This document shows positions 49,688 to 60,508 of a DNA stretch of 64,000 bases, piece by piece. Source of the DNA: an uncultured Gemmatimonadales bacterium. GTDB lineage: Bacteria > Gemmatimonadota > Gemmatimonadetes > Gemmatimonadales > GWC2-71-9. The notes beneath the pieces were generated by a model that was not told where the DNA came from, searched no databases, and was given only the letters and a program-made list of their open reading frames with translations. The stretch covers positions 800,001-864,000 of the forward strand of contig CAVVKJ010000010.1 in the NCBI GenBank assembly GCA_963748815.1, written 5' to 3'. A program made the translations under genes and the position numbers. Within the stretch, counting starts at the first letter, position 1. Each line of letters opens with the position of its first letter.

Positions 49688-50146
49688 TCATGCCGCTTTC
49701 GAGCGCATCGCCGCCCTCGCGAAGAGCGCGCTCGGCAGCCCGACACCCACGATGTGGATCAGCACGCCATTGAGGACGACGGGAAGGGTGCGTTGGGCGC
49801 CGGCGGCCGCCGAGAGGGGGATGACGACCAAGTTCATGACAAGGTAGGCAGCGACGCCATAGAGCGGCCCCCAGACGTAGGGGCGCTCGGCGAGCGGCAC
49901 CCAGCGCCGGCTAGCCAGGATGTAGACCGCTGCGATGCTCGTGGCGATCAGGAAGTGGAGCAGGACGCCGAGTGCGACGGTCGTCAGGCCGCCCTGGAAG
50001 GAGTCCTTGCCGAGGAGGCCGGCGGCGATGGCCTGGAAGATCCGGTGGGGCGGCACGCCGCGAAGACCGAAGAAGACGACGGCATCGAGTCCGTCGAGGA
50101 TGCCGACGGTGAAGCCGGCGAGGAGGATGCGGCGGGGAGTGGCCAT
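49688..50146 (-). CDS. Four-TM membrane protein
   Basis: GILDGLDA, IFQAIAAGLLG, GVLLHFLIA, VMNLVVIPLSA, HIVGVGLP. Confidence 0.8.
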   Translation of the reverse strand: MATPRRILLAGFTVGILDGLDAVVFFGLRGVPPHRIFQAIAAGLLGKDSFQGGLTTVALGVLLHFLIATSIAAVYILASRRWVPLAERPYVWGPLYGVAAYLVMNLVVIPLSAAAGAQRTLPVVLNGVLIHIVGVGLPSALFARAAMRSKAA

Positions 50147-50189
50147 GGGCGGGAAAAGTACCTAGTCGGGATTGCCAGGACGACATGAG

Positions 50190-50845
50190 TCGCCTATGGA
50201 CGCACACTCCTTCGCGTGCGACGCACGAATCACATCGCGCACTCAGCGGGCACTCATCGCAAAGCGGCAGACGGTCGGCAAATCGAGGCCGCCAAATCCA
50301 ATATGGCCCAACTCATCGCGGCCCACGCGCACCACCCTCGACGCGAGCGCTTGCAGGTACGGGTCGTACGAATGTCGGCGAGCTCCCTCGGACCAAAGTA
50401 TCGCTCCAATACACGAGCCATCCCGGCATCCAAGAGCGGCCGCGGCCTGTCGAACGCGAATAGTTCAATGGCATGGCCACGTATTGCCCACCGCAGGGAG
50501 CTCCTCGATCTCCTCCCTCCGGGCCGGAAATCGCCCCCGACGACGGGCCATTTCTAACCCGAGAGCGTACAGGCTCTCCGACTTCAAAGACCAAGGGGCA
50601 CGACCTGCCCGATGGCCGACGGGGAACTGGCGAGCGACCTCCAGCGGAGATACTGGCAGGAAGTCGGGCAAGCAGGCCTGAACCGTCTCGGCCGAGTTCG
50701 CTGAAGCTAGAACCTCGACCACGACCTGGTGGTAAAGGGGTGCGCTGGCCCTCCGCCAAGCAAAGGACCGTCCCGCCCGTCGGTACCATCGGAGGGTGGC
50801 GGTTCGGAAGCACCTGATTCCCGATCCTGGCGGCAGCTGCCTCAT
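50190..50845 (-). CDS. HhH-GPD DNA glycosylase with [4Fe-4S] FCL motif (Mig/short MutY-like), frameshifted
   Basis: Across frames: WYRRAGRSFAWR, VVEVL, ELPAVGQYVA (HhH), LLDAGMARVLERYFG, WAILDLAASIC-x6-C-x2-C-x5-C; 3' end approximate. Confidence 0.75.
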
Positions 50846-50942
50846 GAAGTCGAGCTTTTCTGGTTATGCACTTGCCCCAGTGCCATCGATACTTCCCCCC
50901 AGAGCCTACCTACCTCAGCACATCCGACCGCCGCAGTGACTC

Positions 50943-52200
50943 ATGAAGCAGCCAAGAAAAGCACGCAAATCGACTTCACCGACGACATCGACCTGTTCGC
51001 CGGCTGCGGGGGACTCTCCCTGGTCTGGAGGAAGCAGGTTTCCATCCCTTGCTCTTCTCAGAACTAAACAAGTCCGCGGCCGACACCTACATGGCGAACC
51101 GGCCCGGCAAGGGCATCAAGTATGTCGGGGATGTCTATAGCCTAACAAACGATGACCTTGCCGCTTACATGGACGAATGGGCTCAGTCCGGTATCACCGA
51201 CATCGATCTGGTGCGGCGGCGGCCCTCCGTGCCAAGGCTACTCCGGGATCGGGCATCGGAGGTCATTCACCGTCACCAAAGAGCAGATTCCCTCGAATCA
51301 TCTCTACAAGGAGATGATCCGGGTCATTGAGCAGGTCCGCCCCAAGCTCTTCCTCTTCGAGAACGTCAAGGGCCTTTTGTCCGGCCGATGGACCCCCAGC
51401 GGCGCGAAGAAAGGCGAGATTTGGGAGGACGTTAAAGCGAGTTTCCGAGCCATCGAAGGTTACTCGGTCCGCCAGTACAATCGTCCATGCCAAGAAATTT
51501 CGGAGTCCCCCAGAATCGCCCCCGCGTGCTCCTAGTCGGCATCCGGGACGACGTCACTTGGACTGGGCTCAGCCCTCGAGACCGAGGATGCCGTTGAGGG
51601 TGGGCTATTGCCACGGGGAAAGGGAGGATACCCGACATTCGAGATGTCTTCAGCGATCTTGTCGATTCCCGGTACCGCGACCGAGGTCAGACAGACAAGT
51701 ATCTCTCAAACCCCAAGTCAGACTTCCAGGAAGAGATCCGACGAATTGGGCGCAAGGTACTTCAGAAGGGAGATCCGCTCACGGAGCAGGAGTACAGCGA
51801 CCACGCACCACGGATCCGGGAGAAGTTCCAGTACATGATCGACCACGAGGGCAAGGTTCCTCCCCGCATGCAAACCAAGAAGTTTGCCCAGCGTGTCATT
51901 CCCGAGAGGTGGGGCGAGGATGGCCCCTCAATCACAGCGACCTCGCTACCGGATGACTTTGTCCACTATGCCCAGCCCCGGAGCCTTACTGTTCGTGAAT
52001 GGGCCAGGCTACAGACCTTTCCCGACTGGTACCAATTCAAGGGGCCACGTACCACTGGTGGACATCGGCGCGCTGGAAACCCGGACGAAGGCAATTGGGA
52101 CCGCGAGGTGCCGAAGTACACCCAGATAGGCAATGCTGTTCCGGTCAAGCTCGCGAAAGCTGTCGGAATGCACTTCAGGAAGCTCTTGTCGTCCAAGTAG
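50943..52200 (+). CDS. DNA (cytosine-5)-methyltransferase, frameshifted
   Basis: DLFAGCGG, GGPPCQGYS, FENVKGL, PQNRPR, RSLTVREWARLQTFPD, YTQIGNAVP. Confidence 0.92.
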
Positions 52201-53085
52201 TTAGAGCAGCTGTTTCCGAAAGGCATAGAGCTCGGGGATCTTGCTTTCTCGGATTCGCCAGAGGTAACCGTGATCTCTGACCGTGCCGTCAGGCTTCACA
52301 TGCATCGTGAAATCAAGCCCAACCGCCTGCTCCTCCACCAAAGCAAGAAAATCAGCAAAACTTGGCTGCCGGCAGTAAATCGCGCTGTCGTAAAGGAAAT
52401 CTTCGGCAGCTCCCGTGCCTCTCGCCCTCACGGTGATGAATAGAGTAGCAGGGTGCTTTTCCATGAGTCTGTCGCGAAGCACAGCATAGCTGTAGTGAAC
52501 AACGGTTTCCGCGCCCTTCATTACCCTGACCCTTGAAAGGTCAGCATCCACCACAAGTTTCCAGCCGAGACTATTCTGCTTCGTTGTGATCGTACAATAG
52601 AGGGCCTGCCGGTGGCGCTGTTCATCATAATATCCATATCGCCCAACCAACTCGAGCTCGGCCCTCAAGTTCGCCCCAAACCGGCGTCTTCGCAAAGAGT
52701 GTAATCAGCGGATCAGATGAGCGCGCCCGAAGTCGGTGCGCTTTGAGCTCAATCCCTTCATGGTCAGCTACTTGAGACGTGTTTGCGGCAATCCCCAACA
52801 TCGTTTCAAGCGTAAAGCCCACCCCCGTATCGCCAGATCGTAGCGTGGCAATCCAGCCCAACTCCCTGACCGCTTTCACCCGCGCAATGAGGCGCCTGAC
52901 CACGGCTTCTACCTCGCCTCGGTCGGGACGGAGCGGGAAGAACTGGCGAGTCGCCCTGGAGATTGGAGCTACATCACTGGGAAGCAGGATCGCAAGGTGC
53001 GACTTTGGACCAAACGCGACTAGTAATAGATCACCGGGCTGGGCCAGCTCTCTCAGCCCAGCGATCCAGAACCGCGGCAGCCGGT
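52201..53085 (-). CDS. MvaI/BcnI family restriction endonuclease (frameshift near 52670; 5' end missing or unclear)
   Basis: GDTGVGFTLETMLGIAAN, DHEGIELKA, ITLFAKTP, LMEKHPAT, RDHGYLWRI; upstream PRFWIAGLRELAQPGD. Confidence 0.85.
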
Positions 53086-53119
53086 GACCAACGGCGAAAG
53101 CGTCTCAGCGACTCGTGGA

Positions 53120-53263
53120 CGTCGGACCAGCTGCGCTTCTGCTGCGAGGGCGCAGCACTGCAGCCGCCGCGCCATCCTTCGTTAGGGCCTACGGCGCAGC
53201 GGTACCAGAGCCGGCACTCCGTTGTCAACTGGAGGCTGGTCGGCTGCAGGGCTTGATTGGGGT
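53120..53263 (-). other. Degenerate attC-like site
   Basis: Minus strand CCCCAATCAAGCCCTGCAGCCGAC...GCAGCAGAAGCGCAG resembles attC arms but lacks intact AAC/GTT ends. Confidence 0.3.
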
Positions 53264-53692
53264 GCAGGCGGGGTGCGGATGGCCCAACTAGCCACACTTG
53301 AGCGCAACCAGACTCGTTACGGGGCTGGAAGGCGGCCTGGACGCATCCGACACGAGGGCGTGGATGACGCCTGCAAGGTCGATGCGTCAAGGGCATATGG
53401 TTCCCCGACGGCCAGTAGCGATTGCCAACCAGGTACATGCCAACGCGGCGGGTAGGGCGAACGGGTAACTCTCCCGAGGGCAGGTCCGACCGCAGCCTGT
53501 CGGTGCCGCACCGTTGCGTTCGCCGAGCTTGAGCGCCTTCGCCGATAACTTGCTGCTGGAGTGCGGACGGAGTGTAACCTGAAGGGAGCACTGACGGTCC
53601 TGAATCCTGATGAGGCCGGGTCTTCCCCACGATCATCCATCGCGCCGGGAACCGGAAAAGCCGCATCGCCATCAGCTCCAGCCTTCGGTCGG

Positions 53693-54445
53693 CTATCGCG
53701 GACCTGGGGCTCCCCACGCGTCCCAACATCGGGGCGGCCGGCAGAGCCCCAGGGCGACCAGCTCGGCGATCTTGGCCGCGACGTCGCCATCGGCTCCTCT
53801 GCGGTGCTAAGGCCGCTCCGCGAGCCAAGCAGGGGGCTGACTTCGCGAGAGAGCTTCGTATGTCGAGTCGTGCACGACAGGAACGAGCAAGTCACGTGCT
53901 AGGAGTGCCGAAAGTTCTTTGTCGGCGATGCCCTCCGCTGGCAGGCGGCGCAGCAGCAAAGGCGTCACCAGCACGATCCCGACTCGGGACTTCGCTAGGC
54001 CCCTATCGATTTCGCGGAGCAACGGCGTGCCAGAAGCGACGTCCTTCTCACTGAACCAAACCGAGACACCGAGCGACTCGAGCAGATCGTGCAGCTCTTT
54101 GGCCGCCCCTTTGCCGGTCGTCCCACGCGTGACAAAGGAAGACGTCCCGAAGGTCAGGCAGCGGACGCTCGCTTCTCGACGCTTTGGCGAACCGGGGTGA
54201 GCGCCCGCACCTCGGCAGGCGTGTACACGACGGACGAATCGGCTCGCGACCAGCGCGGCCTTGCCGATGCTGCCAGGCCGCTTGCGCTGATCCGCCCGCT
54301 CCCGCTGCTCCCCGACGAGGAGATAGGCTGGGAATGAGTACGACCCATAGCCGCCGAAACCGCGATAACGGCCACCGCATGCAGGGCAGGTCGCTCGACC
54401 GCTCGCCGTGTGATGGCCGCGCACTGGTGCTGTGCATCTAGCCAC
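53693..54445 (-). CDS. TIR domain protein with N-terminal Cys/His motif, frameshifted
   Basis: MARC..GH..CPAC; RDVFLCHAWDDR, VWFSEKD, EIDRGLAKSRVGIVLVTP, ADKELSAL, SPLLGSRSGLST; GAGGA RBS. Confidence 0.85.
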
Positions 54446-54695
54446 GTCGTAATCCTCCTATTCACAATCGCACTGTCAAGAACAGGGTTAAGGAGCCGAT
54501 GGTGTCGGGACCATCGACGCCTTCTAGCTTTGCCGCAAAGCGCCGCGCGTTGGTAGATCCATCACGGCTGAATTGCCAGCGCAGGGCATCCGATGCGCTC
54601 TGACTGTCATTGTACTTCGGCTACCGTCTCCCCACCAGCACAAAGGGCCCCCACTCCCCGGAGGCCCTTCGGACAATCAGATCGTGCGCCTCACC

Positions 54696-57207
54696 TCACC
54701 CACATTCACTGAACCCGCACACATGGCACTTCATGCACCCCTCGGCGTATTCCAGCTGGGAGGAGCAGTCGGGGCAGGCGCCGGACATCATCTGGGCCGG
54801 GCGGGCGAGCTCGTACTGCGTGGCCCCCTGGGTCATCTTCACCGTCGGCGCCACCTCGGCCTCGCCGGTCGGGATCAGCTCCTGCTGGACCCCCGCCTTG
54901 TCCTGCATCCACTTCTCGATGGCAATGCCCACCGCGTCCGGCACCGAGAGGACCTTGTTGTTGCCGAGGCCGATGGTGCGGTCGCTGCTGATGCCACGGA
55001 GCTGACGGTGGATTTCCTTCATCGGGATACCCGACCGGAGCGCCAGTGATACCAGCCGCCCCATCGCCTCGACATCGGCCATGAGCGCCCCACCGGCCTT
55101 GCCGAGGCTCATGAACACCTCGAAGGCCTGGTGCTTGTCGTCTTCGGTGATCGTGACGTAGAGGGTGCCCAGCGGCGTCTCGACGCGCCGCGTGGTGCCC
55201 TTCAACGCCTCCGGACGGCTCCGCTTCTGGCGCCGCTGCAGGTTCTCGGCCTCCAGGTCGTGCACCATCCGCCGCAGACGCTCGTTCTCGGCGCGAATCT
55301 CAGCCAGCTCACCCATCAGGTCCGCGACGCCCTCGACGGCCTCACCGCTCCGCTCCGCCCAGCGGGGCCAGATCGGCCCGCGCCACCGACTTGCCGCTGG
55401 AAACAGCCTGGGCCTGCACCTTCTGCGCTGTGGCCCCGGTGCTGAAAGCACCTGCATGTCGCGGGAACCATCCCGGTAGACCGTCACACCCTTGCAGTTC
55501 AGGTGGTACGCCAGCCGGTAGATCTCCTCCACGTACGCCTCGGTGGCGTCATGGGCAAAGTTGCAGGTCTTGCTGATGGCGCTGTCGTTGGCCTCCTGGA
55601 AGCCGGCCTGCATCCGGATGTGCCACTCCGGCTTGATGTGGTTGGCGGTGACGAACACCCGCTGCCACTTTTCCGGCACTTCCTCGAAATTGATGTGCCC
55701 CGCCTCGGCAATCCGGGTCATCAAGCGCCTCGGAATGCCACCCTTCCTTCTTGGCGATGGCCACGAACTCTTCGTTGACGTCCGGCATCAGCACGCCGGC
55801 CTGGTTCCGCATGAACGCCACGGCAAAGAGCGGCTCGATGCCGGAGCTGCAGCCGGCAATGATGCTGATGGTGCCGGTCGGCGCCACGGTGGTCACGTTG
55901 CAGTTGCGGAGCTTCCGCATCGGGCGGATCCGGTTGCCGGCCGCATCGCGGGCGCAGGTCTTGTCCGGGCCCCAGATGCTCTGGTCCCATTCCGGGAACG
56001 CCCCGCGGATGGTGGCCAGCCGCTCCGACTCCACCTTGGCCTCGTTGTCCACGAAGGCCTGGACCCGGGCGCCGAGGGTGACGGCCTCCTCGGAGTCGTA
56101 CGGGATGCCGAGCTTGATGAGGACGTCGGCCCAGCCCATGACGCCGAGCCCGATGCGGCGGATCCGCTGCGCCAGGTCGGTGATTTCGGGCAGGGGATAG
56201 TTGTTGGCGTCGATCACGTTCTCGAGGAAGTGGGTCGAGAGGTGAATGGTGCGCCGGAGCTTGTCCCAGTCGAGGCTGCCGTTCTCGACGAACATGCCGA
56301 GGTTGATCGAGCCGAGGTTGCAGACGTCGTACGGGAGCAGGGGCTGCTCGCCGCAGGGGTTGGTGGCCTCGTAGGCGCCGAGGTGCGGCACCGGGTTGTA
56401 GTGGTTGGCCTTGTCGATGAAGAAGACCCCCGGCTCGCCGGTCTTCCAGGCGCCGTGGATGATCTTTTCCCAGACTTCGCGGGCACGCAGCGTCCCCACC
56501 ACTTCCTTGCTCCGGGGGTGGTAGAGCTCGTACTCGGCGTCTTCCTCGACCGCCGTCATGAAGGCGTCGGTGATGGCGACCGAGATGTTGAAGTTGGTGA
56601 TCTTGGTCGTGTCGCTCTTGCACTCGATGAAATCGAGGATATCGGGGTGATCGACCCGCAGGATGCCCATGTTGGCGCCGCGGCGGGTGCCACCCTGCTT
56701 GACCACCTCGGTGGAGGCGTCATAGAGGGACATGAAGGAGACGGGGCCGGAGGCCACACCCATGGTCGAGCGGACCACGTCGTTCTTGGGACGGAGCCGG
56801 CTGAAGTCGAACCCGGTGCCGCCGCCGGACTGGTGCACCAGCGCCATGGCCCGGAGGGTGTCGTAGATCCCGTCCTTGCCGTTGGAGAGGTTGTCGCCCA
56901 CCGGCAACACGAAACAGGCCGAGAGCTGGCCGAGGGGCCGCCCGGCGTTCATGAGGGTGGGGCTGTTCGGCATGAACTCGCGGTGGGCCATGGAGCCGTA
57001 AAAGGCCGTGGCCAGCTCCTCGATGGCGCCGCTGGAGGCGCCGTACTTCTTGTCGGCACCGGCAATGGTCCTCGCCACACGCCAGAAGAGGTCCTCGGAG
57101 GACTCCACCGGCTTGCCGGCGTCGTCCTTGACCAGGTAACGCTTTTCGAGGACGGTAATGGCGTTCGGGGACAGATCGAGCGCCCCCCGCGACGAGGACT
57201 GAGTCAT
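54696..57207 (-). CDS. nrdJ: Class II (adenosylcobalamin-dependent) ribonucleotide reductase with C-terminal TSCPD-like domain and Zn ribbon; frameshifts near 55730 and 55340-55440
   Basis: PNSPTLMNAG, LSACFV, QGGTRRGANM, TNPCGEQPL, APTGTISI, ISKTCN, KGVTVYRDGSR, CPDC..CHVC. Confidence 0.93.
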
Positions 57208-57394
57208 GCGTACCTCTTCCCTTGCCAGATGAAGGGAGTGTGTTGTGAGATCGGAATGTCGCTAGTTGGTCACCGGACAGTACCGAAGAGTGGAACGGAA
57301 GTTAGGTAAACTGGCGGTGCGATGCAATGCGCGAAATTATGCCGCAGTGGTGGGAAAAATAGCTGTTCACATCACAAAGGTGATTGAGGTCTTC

Positions 57395-57603
57395 GTCATT
57401 CCCGCGAAAGCGGGAATCCAGCTGTCGTAGCACCCCGGACCGAACCCGCTTCCGCGGGGGTGACATACGGAGATCTCGCCGGCCGTCATCCCGGCGAAAG
57501 CCGGAATCCATGTTGCGCCGTACCGTCACCCCCGCGAAAGCGGGGGTCCAGTGATTCTGGATTCCCGCTTCCGCGGGAATGACAGGGGATTCGCCGGGGT
57601 GAC
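57395..57603. repeat. REP cluster (dRS3-like GTCATTCCCGCGAAAGCGGGAATCC)
   Basis: Five full and one partial palindrome in both orientations. Confidence 0.9.
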
Positions 57604-57604
57604 G

Positions 57605-57647
57605 CTCAGTCCTCAGTCCTCAGTCCTCAGTCCCCAGTCCTCAGTCC
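57605..57647. repeat. (CTCAGTC)x6 heptamer tandem repeat
   Basis: Read directly, with one variant unit; overlaps the stop codon of the gamma-CA gene. Confidence 0.9.
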
Positions 57648-58144
57648 TTCACCATCGGGTACTTCCCCGCCCTATGGTCCCTCGCCTGCGCCACGTAGTG
57701 CTCCCAGGTGCCGGTAATCCGGGCACGCAGCTCGTCATTGACCGGCCGAACGATCCGGCCCGGGACCCCCATCACGAGGCTCCCCGGCGGCACCTGCATC
57801 CCCTCCGGCACCACCGCCCCCGCCGCCACCACGCTCCCCGTCCCGATATGCACCCCGTTGAGGAGCACGCTCCCCATCCCGATCAGGCACTCGTCCTCCA
57901 CCGTACAGCCGTGGAGGATGGCCCGGTGCCCGACCCCGCACCGCTCGCCGATGGTGCATGGAAACCCGGCATCCACATGCACAATGGTGCCGTCCTGGAT
58001 GTTGGTCTGCGCCCCGATCGTGATCGGCGCCATGTCCCCCCGGATCACCGTGGTGTACCAGACGCTCGATTCCGGCCCCAGCGTCACGTCGCCCATGACC
58101 ACGGCGGTCGGTGCCACCCAGGCCGTCTTGTGAATAGTCGGCAC
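57641..58144 (-). CDS. Gamma carbonic anhydrase family protein
   Basis: Hexapeptide repeats, IRGD, NIQDGTIVH, GHRAILHGC. Confidence 0.92.
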   Translation of the reverse strand: MPTIHKTAWVAPTAVVMGDVTLGPESSVWYTTVIRGDMAPITIGAQTNIQDGTIVHVDAGFPCTIGERCGVGHRAILHGCTVEDECLIGMGSVLLNGVHIGTGSVVAAGAVVPEGMQVPPGSLVMGVPGRIVRPVNDELRARITGTWEHYVAQARDHRAGKYPMVKD

Positions 58145-58157
58145 TATGCCCCTCGGC

Positions 58158-60156
<1,999 letters not shown>

Positions 60157-60243
60157 CAAGCGAAGCTACGAGCCCCAAGCTGGGGGCGCAACGTGGTGCG
60201 GAGCTTCGCGGCGGGGCCGGGGGGGGCGGGGGGCAGGAATGTT

Positions 60244-60459
60244 GTCACCCCGGCGAAAGCCGGGGTCCATCGGCTTTGACAGACATGGATCCCGGCTTGC
60301 GCCGGGATGACGGCCGGGCTGGCAGGGAGGCTGGAATGTCGTCACCCCGGCGAAAGCCGGGTCCATTGGCTTTGACAAACATGGATCCCGGCTTGCGCCG
60401 GGATGACAGCCGAACGGCTTGCGCCGGGATGACAGCCGGACGGCTTTCGCCGGGATGAC
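60244..60459. repeat. Two REP doublets plus two 26-nt tandem partial copies
   Basis: GTCACCCCGGCGAAAGCCGGGGTCC...GGATCCCGGCTTGCGCCGGGATGAC twice, then AGCCGRACGGCTTKCGCCGGGATGAC twice. Confidence 0.9.
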
Positions 60460-60508
60460 AGCCCATTCAGGTCACTGCCCCCCTCGCCCTGCCTCGCGCT
60501 AAGCGCGA

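Noticed and set aside
46273..49773. 1166-aa plus-strand ORF, and similar long ORFs such as 16696-19575, 25742-28315 and 30178-33069
   Set aside because: Antisense shadows of real high-GC genes; no motifs and skewed Arg/Gly/His composition
53280..53690. Additional gene within the defence island
   Set aside because: No frame gives a recognisable or convincingly protein-like sequence; possibly a remnant, but not supportable
53693..54445. Thoeris system
   Set aside because: A TIR is present, but no ThsA-type effector (SIR2-SLOG or TM-macro) is in the window
50160..54640. Prophage, ICE or IS origin for the low-GC island
   Set aside because: No integrase, transposase, tRNA or flanking direct repeats were found
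54643..54669. Intrinsic terminator after nrdJ
   Set aside because: An AAGGGCC/GGCCCTT hairpin is present but the U-tract is weak, so it was not called
54696..57207. Split nrdJa/nrdJb genes or programmed frameshifting
   Set aside because: The break near 55730 falls mid-domain with no RBS or slippery site, in a region full of indels, so sequencing error is more likely
57208..57394. NrdR box or cobalamin riboswitch upstream of nrdJ
   Set aside because: No convincing acaCwAtATaTwGtgt palindrome or riboswitch core was visible
60244..60459. Possible CRISPR array
   Set aside because: Repeats alternate in orientation, spacers are near-identical rather than unique, and no cas genes are present. These are REP doublets; the same applies to 57395-57603
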